This document shows positions 27,730 to 37,036 of a stretch of 46,131 bases of DNA, in pieces. The notes below the pieces were generated by a model, which worked only from the letters and a program-made list of their open reading frames with translations, had not been told where the DNA came from and ran no database searches. Where the stretch lies: the IMG/VR virus record IMGVR_UViG_3300042807_000264, positions 1 through 46,131 of that record; one strand, written 5' to 3'. Every line of letters starts with the position of its first letter. Positions within the stretch are counted from its first letter, which is position 1. The position numbers and the translations under genes were made by a program. This stretch comes from a virus. Taxonomy: Duplodnaviria > Caudoviricetes.

Positions 27730-28812
27730 ATGCTGCCATCTTTTTTAAATCTATCTAGCATACATGTAGAACTAACAGACAAGTGTAATGCAAAATGTCC
27801 TGTCTGTGTTAGACGTTTGCGTGGTGGTATTATCAATCCTATTATAAAAAACACAGAATTAGGGTTAAGTTACTTCCGAGACGATTTAGGGGAAGATTTT
27901 TGCAGTAATGTCAACTTTTGGAACTTCTGTGGCACTAAAGGCGATCCGATCGCATGTACAGAGCTTGTCGAAATCATTGATTACATTAAACAATGTAATT
28001 CTACTGCCGAGTTTACTATCCACACCAATGGGGGCATAAGATCCGTAGAATGGTGGACAAGACTAGGAGATTTATTAAAAAATTCCAATTCTCGTGTTGT
28101 ATGGGGCATTGACGGATTAGACGATACAAACCATATATACCGCAGAAATGTAAGTTGGAAAAAACTATGGGCCAACCTTTGTGCTTACACTAACGCAGGT
28201 GGTAAAAGTATATGGCAGTTCTTAATCTTTGAGCACAACAAACATCAACTAGAAAAAATTCAAGCGATATGCGACGAAAAAAACATTATCTTAGATGTTA
28301 AAGAACCTTTTGGATTTAGTTATAACAAAAATAACTCAGGTGAAACAAAAATTTTACCTATAAGAGTATATGACGATTATGGTACATATTTGTATGATAT
28401 TTTACCAAAAGATGTCAAGGCGACCGACGTTGTAGCTTTGCACCGTGACGATCTAACCTGCACTAATTTTATACAACATGATTGCGAAACTACAAATATC
28501 AATAAAGGTGATTTTAATGTAGATTGCAGAATAGGAACTTCAACATCTGACTTATATATCGACTGTGACGGGGCATTGTTGCCGTGTTGTTTTATAGGTG
28601 CAGGGTTACACTCTGAGGGCAGTAATTATCAGTTAGAAAAGCAATTTACGCCTAGAGAAGATTTTATCCCTCGTTACAATAATCATTATAAAGAAATAAT
28701 TAATAACACATATTATAAAACAACACTACTTCAGGGTATAACAGGAGACTTGCCCGGGGAAACTGCTTATACGGCAAAATGCGTAGAAACGTGCGGCAAA
28801 TGTATAAAATAA
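27730..28812 (+). CDS. Radical SAM enzyme with a C-terminal SPASM/twitch domain
   Basis: ELTDKCNAKCPVC, GTKGDP, HTNG, GIDG, YR, C-terminal C...YIDCDG.LLPCC...C...C. ATG 27730 follows GATAAGTA-N5. Confidence 0.88.
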   Translation: MLPSFLNLSSIHVELTDKCNAKCPVCVRRLRGGIINPIIKNTELGLSYFRDDLGEDFCSNVNFWNFCGTKGDPIACTELVEIIDYIKQCNSTAEFTIHTNGGIRSVEWWTRLGDLLKNSNSRVVWGIDGLDDTNHIYRRNVSWKKLWANLCAYTNAGGKSIWQFLIFEHNKHQLEKIQAICDEKNIILDVKEPFGFSYNKNNSGETKILPIRVYDDYGTYLYDILPKDVKATDVVALHRDDLTCTNFIQHDCETTNINKGDFNVDCRIGTSTSDLYIDCDGALLPCCFIGAGLHSEGSNYQLEKQFTPREDFIPRYNNHYKEIINNTYYKTTLLQGITGDLPGETAYTAKCVETCGKCIK

Positions 28813-28829
28813 TTTAGATAAATAGTATT

Positions 28830-29897
28830 ATGCCAAGACTATCACTGTGGAATCCAGTTAAAACTAACGATTTTAAATTCATAGACAGAGTTGTCGGTGA
28901 ACACCTTCACGCTGGTGGTACCGGCGTGCATATTCACAAATATTTAGGTGTTCACGAAACTGCTAATACAGGTGATCCTACTCGTCCTAGTAGCGCCGGA
29001 AATGACAATGAAGTGTTTATTCAAGATTTGCTGTTTTTAGAAAATAGAGATCGCAAATATGATAAAACAATTTACGAGCTAAGAGGTCAGTATAATATAC
29101 AAGACAATGACGGGTTCGACTTAACCCAGTTTGGTGCATTCTTAGCTAACGATACAGTGTTTTTAACATTCCATATTGAAAGCATGATTGAAGCGTTAGG
29201 TCGTAAACTAATGCCAGGTGACGTACTAGAATTGCCTCACTTACGAGACGATTTGCTGTTAGGCAGCGAAGATGCAGTTAACAGATTTTATGTAGTACAA
29301 GAAGGCGCTAGACCAGCAGAAGGGTACGACCCTCGTTGGTGGCCACACTTATGGCGTGTCAAATGCGGTCCTATCAGTGACAGTCAAGAATACAGAGACA
29401 TTCTTGGTACAGGTGAAGAAGAAGGCGACTTACGCAATCTTATTAGCAAGTACCAAAACGAAATTACAATTAATGACGCAATTTTGGCTCAGGCAGAACG
29501 AGATGTTCCGTATGATCCACAATACAGAAATAACACACACTTATATTTCGATCCTAATGTACCAGACAAGCCTGTAGTCGGACTTGACTACGGTGCAAGC
29601 GATGGTCAACCGCCTAACGGTTTGAGTGTTGTAGGTAGCGGAGCAAGTTTTCCAACTAGCGGAGTAAGTAACGGTGACTATTTCTTACGAACCGACTTTA
29701 CTCCTAACAGGCTATTTCAAAAATCAGGCAGTAGATGGATACGTGTAGGCGATGACGCTCGTAGCGCATGGGCTGCGGCGAACAGATTGCTTACATCATT
29801 TATTAACAACGATAACTACACAATTAATTCAGGCGGCGAGATTACTGAAGAAAAAACTAATCTCAGCAAAGTAGTAAAGCCAAAGACAGACAACTAA
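28830..29897 (+). CDS. gp14: Neck / head-tail connector protein, T4 gp14-like with a C-terminal extension
   Basis: IQDLLFLENRDRKYD, LTQFG.F, GDVLELP; position between gp13-like and gp15-like genes; late motif at 28817-28824. Confidence 0.65.
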   Translation: MPRLSLWNPVKTNDFKFIDRVVGEHLHAGGTGVHIHKYLGVHETANTGDPTRPSSAGNDNEVFIQDLLFLENRDRKYDKTIYELRGQYNIQDNDGFDLTQFGAFLANDTVFLTFHIESMIEALGRKLMPGDVLELPHLRDDLLLGSEDAVNRFYVVQEGARPAEGYDPRWWPHLWRVKCGPISDSQEYRDILGTGEEEGDLRNLISKYQNEITINDAILAQAERDVPYDPQYRNNTHLYFDPNVPDKPVVGLDYGASDGQPPNGLSVVGSGASFPTSGVSNGDYFLRTDFTPNRLFQKSGSRWIRVGDDARSAWAAANRLLTSFINNDNYTINSGGEITEEKTNLSKVVKPKTDN

Positions 29898-29908
29898 AGG
29901 AGTAACAA

Positions 29909-30409
29909 ATGGCTACAAAATTAACAGAGCATTTCACATTAGAAGAAATGACTGCATCACCAACAGCAAAAAAGCTAGGTCTACCAAATACACCAACAGC
30001 AGAACACATCGAAAATATGCGTTATTGCTGTGAGAAGATTCTTGAGCCAGTTCGTGCTCACTTTGGTAAGGCTGTAACAATTAACTCAAGTTATCGCAGT
30101 CCAGCCGTTAACAAGGCTGTAGGCGGCAGCACAACAAGTCAACACGTTAACGGTCAAGCTATTGACTTTGAAATCACTGGTATTTCAAACAAGATCGTAG
30201 CTGACTGGATTGCTGACAATCTAGAATTTGACCAAGTAATTCTTGAGTTCTACGTAGAAGGCGACAAGAACTCAGGTTGGGTACACGCTTCCATTAAGAA
30301 GGAAGGTGGTAATCGTAAGCAAAAACTAATTGCTAAGAAAGACGGTAAGTCAACAAAGTATGTTCCAACAACAGACTTTGATCCAACAAACGCCTGGAAG
30401 AACCTTTAA
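29909..30409 (+). CDS. Peptidase M15A-family Zn peptidoglycan peptidase
   Basis: HFTLEE, LEPVR, INSSYRS..VN.AVGG...SQH..GQAID, WVHAS (H-x6-D...H Zn ligands). Confidence 0.88.
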   Translation: MATKLTEHFTLEEMTASPTAKKLGLPNTPTAEHIENMRYCCEKILEPVRAHFGKAVTINSSYRSPAVNKAVGGSTTSQHVNGQAIDFEITGISNKIVADWIADNLEFDQVILEFYVEGDKNSGWVHASIKKEGGNRKQKLIAKKDGKSTKYVPTTDFDPTNAWKNL

Positions 30410-30418
30410 GGAGCACAC

Positions 30419-31033
30419 ATGTCAGTTAAAATTCTACAAGAAAAAGTTGGTGCAACATCGGACGGTGCTTGGGGACCAGGTACACTAAAGGCTGCACAGG
30501 CATTTTATAAGCTAAGTGATGCTAGAGCGGCTCACTTCTTTGCACAGTGCGCTCACGAGTCAGGTGGATTTAAAACATTCAACGAAAACTTAAACTATGG
30601 CGCACAAGGCTTACTAGGTATCTTTAAGAAGTATTTCCCTGATGCTGCTACAGCCGCTAAGTATGAGCGTAAGCCAGAAATGATTGCTAATCGGGTATAC
30701 GGCGGCAGAATGGGCAATGGTCCAGAAGCTTCTGGCGATGGTTACAAGTTCCGTGGTCGTGGTGCTATCCAGTTGACTGGTAAGAGCAACTACGAAGCGT
30801 TTTCAAAGTACATCGGTGATCCAGAAGTAATGACCAATCCAGATGTTGTTGCTAGCAAGTATGCATTTGAAAGTGCAATGTTCTTCTTTGAAACAAACAA
30901 GCTATGGGCTATCTGTGATAAGGGCGTCAACGATGCTGCTATCCTAGAGCTAACAAAGCGCATCAATGGTGGCACACACGGTTTAGACGATCGCAAAGAA
31001 AAAACTAAAAAGTATGCTAGCTGGTTAGCATAA
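30419..31033 (+). CDS. Glycoside hydrolase family 19 endolysin with a short N-terminal peptidoglycan-binding motif
   Basis: LQ..VG...DG.WGPGT, AHFFAQCAHESGGF...ENLNY, FRGRGAIQLTG, INGG.HGL.DR. Confidence 0.9.
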   Translation: MSVKILQEKVGATSDGAWGPGTLKAAQAFYKLSDARAAHFFAQCAHESGGFKTFNENLNYGAQGLLGIFKKYFPDAATAAKYERKPEMIANRVYGGRMGNGPEASGDGYKFRGRGAIQLTGKSNYEAFSKYIGDPEVMTNPDVVASKYAFESAMFFFETNKLWAICDKGVNDAAILELTKRINGGTHGLDDRKEKTKKYASWLA

Positions 31034-31043
31034 GGAAAACATA

Positions 31044-32390
31044 ATGGCAGGCAAGAACTTAGATTACTGGTATGACGAACAGATAAAGCGTTATCTAATT
31101 CAAATCATACGAGTATTTTCAAACTTTAAAGTAAAAGAAAACACTAAGAACGGTGTAAATTACAACCGTGTGCCTGCTCGTTATGGTGATTCAAGCAGAC
31201 TTGTGGCGCATTTATTACGCAATAACAGTGAAAATATTGTTAATAGTGCGCCACAAATTGCTGTAAGTATTCAAAGCATTCAGCCTGCTAGAGATAGAAC
31301 TGCTGAACCATTTTTAGTAGATACTCAGCAAGTTGCAGAACGTGAATTTGATACTGTAAATAATTCGTATACTAGTGAGCAAGGCAATTTGTATACTACA
31401 CAACGTTATATGCCTGTTCCGTACAATATGACTGTGCAAGTAGACATATGGACTACTAATACAGACACAAAACTTCAATTACTAGAACAAATTTTTGTTA
31501 TCTTTAATCCTAGTATTCAGCTACAATCAAACAGCAATCCATTAGATTGGACTAGTGTATTTGAAATTGAACTAACAGACATTAATTGGAGTAGCAGAGG
31601 TATTCCTGCGGGTGTTGATGAAACTTTAGATATTGCAACATTAACATTTAGTATACCTATCTGGATTAGCCCTCCTGCTAAAGTTAAGCGACAAACAATT
31701 ATTCAGCAAATTATCGCAGATATCCATAAAGTTGATAGTGTGACCGGATTAGGTTACGATCAAGCGTATGCTGATTTCTTTGGTACTGTGTCTGACGACA
31801 GTGAATTAGTTATCACGCCAAATGATTATAAACTGCTAGTCTCTGGTGCTACAGCTACACTTATGTCACCAGCCGGAAATGCTGCTGTATGGAAAGATAT
31901 TATTGAAATGAAAGGTGAACTTAGTGTTACTAGTTTACTAAAACTTAATACCAGCAATAATAGTGATAGCGATGAATTTCTCGTTATCGGAAGTGTTGTA
32001 GGTAATCCGTTAGATGATACATCTTTAATATTTAACCTCGATACTGATACATTACCATCTAACACGCTTGCTGATTTAACAAAAATTATTGATCCTACTG
32101 CTAGCAGTCCTGGTAATGGGTTAGACGCTGCTACTTTAGGGCAAAGATATTTAATAACAGAATCTATTAGTGCCAGCGGATATCCTAGCTGGAGTGTAGA
32201 TGCAAACGAAAACGATATTATTCAATATGACGGTTCTGATTGGACTGTGGTGTTTAATTCTACCGCAGTTACTACAACCCAATATGTAACAAACGATTTT
32301 ACATCAAAACAATTCAAGTGGACTGGTAGCGCATGGATAAGTAGTTACGAAGGTGAATACAATCCTGGTTACTGGAGACTTGTACTGTAA
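31044..32390 (+). CDS. gp15: Tail sheath stabiliser / tail terminator, T4 gp15-like with a C-terminal extension
   Basis: YWYDEQIKRY, VP.RYG, MPVPYN, QLLEQI...FNP, TLTF...WISPP. Confidence 0.8.
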   Translation: MAGKNLDYWYDEQIKRYLIQIIRVFSNFKVKENTKNGVNYNRVPARYGDSSRLVAHLLRNNSENIVNSAPQIAVSIQSIQPARDRTAEPFLVDTQQVAEREFDTVNNSYTSEQGNLYTTQRYMPVPYNMTVQVDIWTTNTDTKLQLLEQIFVIFNPSIQLQSNSNPLDWTSVFEIELTDINWSSRGIPAGVDETLDIATLTFSIPIWISPPAKVKRQTIIQQIIADIHKVDSVTGLGYDQAYADFFGTVSDDSELVITPNDYKLLVSGATATLMSPAGNAAVWKDIIEMKGELSVTSLLKLNTSNNSDSDEFLVIGSVVGNPLDDTSLIFNLDTDTLPSNTLADLTKIIDPTASSPGNGLDAATLGQRYLITESISASGYPSWSVDANENDIIQYDGSDWTVVFNSTAVTTTQYVTNDFTSKQFKWTGSAWISSYEGEYNPGYWRLVL

Positions 32391-32815
32391 TGACAACAGC
32401 CGCTGGCGTAGTATTTTTGGCAAAGGACACTGGACGATGCTTACTACAACTACGCAACTCAGATAAAAGATTTAAAAACACTTGGGGATTTTGGGGCGGC
32501 CTTATTGAAAAGGGCGAAACAGTTTACGAGTGCATCCAGCGTGAACTAACAGAAGAAATTGGGTTTGTTCCTGAGCTTGCAAAACTAAATCCTATAGACG
32601 TTTATCAAAGCAGAGATCAAAAATTTTATTATTACAGTTTTGTATATGTAGTAGAAAAAGAGTTTAGTCCTGTATTAAATGTCGAAAGTGCAGGATATGC
32701 TTGGGTTAATATTGGTGTTTGGCCACAGCCATTACATAATGGTGCAAGACTTACACTAAACAAAAACGGAGGCACAGAAAAACTACACACTATTCTTAAT
32801 ATCAATAGAGAATAA
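32390..32815 (+). CDS. Nudix hydrolase
   Basis: Nudix box GGLIEKGETVYECIQRELTEEIG, plus LN.E..GYAW and PLH. Confidence 0.9.
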   Translation: MTTAAGVVFLAKDTGRCLLQLRNSDKRFKNTWGFWGGLIEKGETVYECIQRELTEEIGFVPELAKLNPIDVYQSRDQKFYYYSFVYVVEKEFSPVLNVESAGYAWVNIGVWPQPLHNGARLTLNKNGGTEKLHTILNINRE

Positions 32816-32823
32816 ATAATGAA

Positions 32824-33450
32824 ATGAGTGAAGTAGTTGATTTTGTGCTTTTAAGAATACAGCACGAGCTAGAAAAATATTCTAAATCTAAAACTATACC
32901 TTTTGATTTATTAGAAGGTGCGTACTCTATTGACGATATAAAAGAACACTATTACGACAAACTAGATTCTAAATATCAAAAACTTGCTGATAAACTTATC
33001 AATGCTTACGAAAAAAAGATAAAAGAAAACTTAGATAGTTTAAAACATGCGTTACGCAAAGACTATACAAGCACTATAAATCTATTAGAAACTGAATCTG
33101 CAGAGTTTAAGTTTCCATCGGTGCTAATAAAATATCGTGCAAATATTAATCCTATACGGGCATTATTCTACGAAGTAAGAGAAATCACTCGTAGCTACAA
33201 CCTCGATAACGAATATCATACATGGTTAATAGGATTATTATCTGATCAGGAATACAACAATAAAATTGTTGATGCTCTTAGTGTAGATATCAAACGATTA
33301 GAACGAATAGTAAGTAGGTATTATCTGCCTATGACAAAATACACAGACAGTATACCACTAGAACTATTTCATGCTAGACAATTAATAAAAGATTTTAGAC
33401 ATTATAAAAATACATTTATAACTGTAAAGTCTTGGGACCCTGAGGCGTAA
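32824..33450 (+). CDS. Hypothetical protein
   Basis: 208-aa helical ORF preceded by AATAAATA-N5-ATG. Confidence 0.7.
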   Translation: MSEVVDFVLLRIQHELEKYSKSKTIPFDLLEGAYSIDDIKEHYYDKLDSKYQKLADKLINAYEKKIKENLDSLKHALRKDYTSTINLLETESAEFKFPSVLIKYRANINPIRALFYEVREITRSYNLDNEYHTWLIGLLSDQEYNNKIVDALSVDIKRLERIVSRYYLPMTKYTDSIPLELFHARQLIKDFRHYKNTFITVKSWDPEA

Positions 33451-33607
33451 AAGGCGTAAACAGCTTTTCTATAAAGTCTAAGTCGTTAGCTTTTGCACGC
33501 TCGTATACTTCCAATGCGTGCGTATAACTGCTAGTAAACACTAAGACTTTATCGTCATATAATACTGTAAATTTTGTACTATCTCTGTTTCTTTCTAGTG
33601 TAATCAT
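33416..33607 (-). CDS. 63-aa hypothetical protein, last gene of the curli/cyclase operon
   Basis: ATGA overlap with the cyclase stop; converges with 32824-33450. Confidence 0.55.
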   Translation of the reverse strand: MITLERNRDSTKFTVLYDDKVLVFTSSYTHALEVYERAKANDLDFIEKLFTPFTPQGPKTLQL

Positions 33608-35637
33608 TTTGATGTGGCTCTGTAGATGCCGTCCCAGTTTTTGGGAGGACTTGCTTTGAACTCATGTATACGAGCTCGCATTGCTTCGTAGTACTGAGTT
33701 AGTTCACCCTTCCAACTGTGTCTCATGTCTGTAGCTAGTTTGTATGCTGTATCCCATTCGCCTTTGCGATAGGCTGTTAAAAATTCTTTATGTACTCTTT
33801 CGTCGGCAGTGTCAAAGTCTTCTAGCACTGTAAAAATTTGTGCTGGCTCTGTTTTGCCTTTTACTGCGAGTAAATCGAGCTCAACGACTTGGTATGCTTC
33901 TCGCACATACTCAGCCGTTTTTGGTCCGATAATGATTTTGACTCCGTAGGGTTTGGATTGACCTTCGAGGCGACTAGCAAGATTAACACCGTCGCCAAGA
34001 CAGGTATAGTCAAAACGCTGATCGCTGCCCATATTGCCAACAACCACAGTGTCAGTATTGATACCGAGACCCATACCAAAAGCTGGTACACCTTCTGCCT
34101 TAATTTCTGCATTGAATTCCTCTAATGATTTTAACATTTGAAATGCAGTACGTACTGCATCTTTTGCGTGTTGTGGATTATTAACAGGTGCGTTCCAGAA
34201 TGCCATCTGTGCGTCACCGATATACTTGTCTAACGTACCTTTGTTCTCAAGGATAGCTTTAGTCATGGCAGTCATATAACGATTCATAATGCTTGTCAAG
34301 CCTTGAACGTCTTTGCCATAGTGTTCGCTGATTGTTGTAAAGCCGCGAACGTCAGTAAACATAATTGACAGTTCTTGTTCTGTGCCGCCTAGCTTTAGTA
34401 ATTCTGGTTGACGCTGTAGCTGTGCAACTAAGTCTGGGCTTAAGTAAGTACCAAACTGCTTTTTAATTTGTTGCTTCTGTAAGAACTCGCTTACAAACTT
34501 AACGCCATAAACGTGCAGGGCAACAAGAATAAGGCCAATAGTAGTTGCTGTCGCGTCTGCGAGCATGTTGTGGTTAATAAACAGCCAATAAGAGCCACCA
34601 ACACTGGCAGCGATCCCAACAACAGTTGTAGAAAGACCGACATATGTCCACCTTGATAAGAAAATTATAATTAAGCCTAATGCAAGCAATGCGGCAATTT
34701 CTGCAAAGTCTGCATAGTCTGGGCGTTGAATGTTAACGCCATTAAACATAGTACCAACTACTGCGGCTTGTAGTTCATGTGGATGAACTGGTCCTAGTGC
34801 TGTTGGTACTGGGTTACTAATGCCTGCTGCCGTTGGGCTTACAATAACAACAGCCCCTCTAAAGTCTTTAGGCAATTCTGCTAAACTGATACTGTGCGAC
34901 TTTTGACTCCAGTCAATCCACACACGGCCTAAGCTGTCTGTGGTAACTGGACCAAACTGAGGTATACGCATCTTTTCAACACCAAGTTCGTTTAGCTTGA
35001 TTTGAAAACTAGGATCGCCTGCTACTACTCGCAGTACTTCTAAACTTAGTGCTGGATATAATGTTCCGTCTACACTGGCTACTAATGGTACGCGACGATT
35101 AACACCGTCAATTTCTGGTAATGTATTAACTGTACCTGTACCGATTGCTAGCCCTTCGTAGTTGGGCAAGTTAGCAATGATACCCGGATATTGAACTACT
35201 GTATCTAAGTACTCTGGACCTAGGATTGCGGCACCAGTTTCGCGAGGATTATTTTTTGACTTGTCCGATGGCACATTTGGTAGTATAACAGGATACTGTG
35301 CCATTACAGTTTCCATTGCCTTGTCGCCTTTGAAACGATCTGGCTCTGCCATTAACACATTGAACACAACAAGGCCTGCGCCTCTGCTATATAAATCTTT
35401 TACTATGCTTGCGTACTGGTCACGTGGGAAAGGCCATTGTCCATATTTGTCTAGTGCTGCTTCATCAATGTTAATTGTGTAAACATTGTTTTGTACAGGC
35501 TCTTTACTAGTAATAAGTGTATCAAAATATCTTAGGCGTACACTTTCAACAAAGCTAGGATCTAATGCTCTGATACCTACGATTAAAATTAGTGTGAGTA
35601 ATGCAGTCCATGGACTTAGTAAAATTTTCTTTAGCAT
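33604..35637 (-). CDS. CHASE2-domain membrane class III adenylate cyclase
   Basis: N-terminal TM; CHASE2 motifs IDE..L.KYGQWPFPR, E.DR, DGVNRRVPL; three TMs; catalytic FTDVRGFT, DKYIGDA (Lys consistent with ATP specificity), YTCLGDGVNLASRLE, VKGK. Confidence 0.93.
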   Translation of the reverse strand: MLKKILLSPWTALLTLILIVGIRALDPSFVESVRLRYFDTLITSKEPVQNNVYTINIDEAALDKYGQWPFPRDQYASIVKDLYSRGAGLVVFNVLMAEPDRFKGDKAMETVMAQYPVILPNVPSDKSKNNPRETGAAILGPEYLDTVVQYPGIIANLPNYEGLAIGTGTVNTLPEIDGVNRRVPLVASVDGTLYPALSLEVLRVVAGDPSFQIKLNELGVEKMRIPQFGPVTTDSLGRVWIDWSQKSHSISLAELPKDFRGAVVIVSPTAAGISNPVPTALGPVHPHELQAAVVGTMFNGVNIQRPDYADFAEIAALLALGLIIIFLSRWTYVGLSTTVVGIAASVGGSYWLFINHNMLADATATTIGLILVALHVYGVKFVSEFLQKQQIKKQFGTYLSPDLVAQLQRQPELLKLGGTEQELSIMFTDVRGFTTISEHYGKDVQGLTSIMNRYMTAMTKAILENKGTLDKYIGDAQMAFWNAPVNNPQHAKDAVRTAFQMLKSLEEFNAEIKAEGVPAFGMGLGINTDTVVVGNMGSDQRFDYTCLGDGVNLASRLEGQSKPYGVKIIIGPKTAEYVREAYQVVELDLLAVKGKTEPAQIFTVLEDFDTADERVHKEFLTAYRKGEWDTAYKLATDMRHSWKGELTQYYEAMRARIHEFKASPPKNWDGIYRATSK

Positions 35638-35638
35638 G

Positions 35639-37036
35639 TTATTGTCCTTGTGTTACTGTGATTGTACCGCATCCTCCAGTTGTTGCACATGAATGTACAA
35701 TTGAATAGAAGTTTTGTGTACTGCCACTTTGTGTCAATTCGAAACTTGTCGGGTTTCCGCTAAGGCTAACTGCGGCCATATGATTACCGCTGCCTTGTTG
35801 GATGATAGCAACAGATTTGTTACCACCGCTCAAAGATAGATCTAGGTAATGATTACCATTATCTTTTTGCTGAATATTTATCGTATTGTTATTGTTTGCT
35901 ACTGTAGCAAAGATTCCTTTTGCACCACCTGTACCAGTTTGACTTAGAGTTAAACTGTTACTGTTACCATTAACTGTAATATCCATGTAATTTGTTACTG
36001 CATTACTTGTACCGCTTTGTGTTGCAGTAGTTGTATTGTTATTACCACTACTATAATACTTAAAGTAATTTTCTCTAGTGCCACTTTGTGTTACAGTAAT
36101 ACTATTGCTAGAACCAATTTGCTCAATGATTACTTTAGAATCTTTTACAGTTCTAGAACTAAAAGTATTAACTTTAGTAGTATTTGTTGCGCTAGCATTA
36201 AATGATGTATCAGTGCCGCCGCAGCAATAAGTTGGTCCAGGTGGCGGCTCAGTGGGAGGAGGTGGAGCAGTACTGCCTGCGTTTGGAGCAACAGATGTAA
36301 AGCTCTGACCATTCAGCTGAGTAGCGCCAATAATTTCGTCGATGAACAGTATCGGACTTAGTGCAGTGTCACCTAAGTTAAAAGTTATAAATGCTAAGTC
36401 GTAGGTGCCTGTTGTGGTTACTGTAATAACTATCTGCTGCCAACCAGTTGAACCATAGCTGCCAGTTGAATAGTTACCAGTTCCAGGATTAGTAAAACCT
36501 AGTAGCGCATATTTTTGTTGACCGTTAACTGTTACTGGCCCAGCTGGGCCAGTGACAACAACCATTGAACCGTCATTATATGGCGTATAGTCTGTACTTA
36601 CATAGTTCCAAGCATAGGTATAAGTCTTACCTGCTTCTAGTACTACACTACGTTTTGCGTACGAAGCGTTAGTTGGGTACATGCTGCCGTTTTGATATAT
36701 GGTATTTTTAATAGAAGTAGTTTCAGCACCGGTGAAGCCAAGTGTTGACATTGAGCTGTCAAATGAGGGAGAGCCGCCACCTGCTTGAATACTTAACATA
36801 TAAGTACCGTAAGGTGTAATAGTCCAGCACTTGCCGCCACCTGGACAATAATTGTTCATACCTGTTGTTACTTGAGCGCCAGAACCATTGTCGCTCCAGC
36901 CGCTGGTTTTCACAGTTGTACTACCATTGCTAACAGTCCAGTTAGTGTAGTTTCCGCTTTCAAAACCGTAGTTAGCTTCTTGTGCTGCTACTGGCACGCC
37001 AATGAAAAATAATAATACTGCTAGTATCTTTCTCAT
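35639..37036 (-). CDS. Secreted fusion protein: N-terminal beta-rich domain, Pro linker, C-terminal curlin-like repeats
   Basis: Signal peptide (VPVAA/QE), NYGFESG, PPPPTEPPPGP linker, repeats such as IEQIGSSNSITVTQSG and GNSNSLTLSQTG. Confidence 0.75.
   Translation of the reverse strand: MRKILAVLLFFIGVPVAAQEANYGFESGNYTNWTVSNGSTTVKTSGWSDNGSGAQVTTGMNNYCPGGGKCWTITPYGTYMLSIQAGGGSPSFDSSMSTLGFTGAETTSIKNTIYQNGSMYPTNASYAKRSVVLEAGKTYTYAWNYVSTDYTPYNDGSMVVVTGPAGPVTVNGQQKYALLGFTNPGTGNYSTGSYGSTGWQQIVITVTTTGTYDLAFITFNLGDTALSPILFIDEIIGATQLNGQSFTSVAPNAGSTAPPPPTEPPPGPTYCCGGTDTSFNASATNTTKVNTFSSRTVKDSKVIIEQIGSSNSITVTQSGTRENYFKYYSSGNNNTTTATQSGTSNAVTNYMDITVNGNSNSLTLSQTGTGGAKGIFATVANNNNTINIQQKDNGNHYLDLSLSGGNKSVAIIQQGSGNHMAAVSLSGNPTSFELTQSGSTQNFYSIVHSCATTGGCGTITVTQGQ

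Noticed and set aside
27675-27854. N-terminal extension of the PLP enzyme overlapping the radical SAM gene
   Set aside because: ATG 27674 and ATG 27730 each sit 5 nt behind a late motif, which gives a clean divergent pair without overlap.
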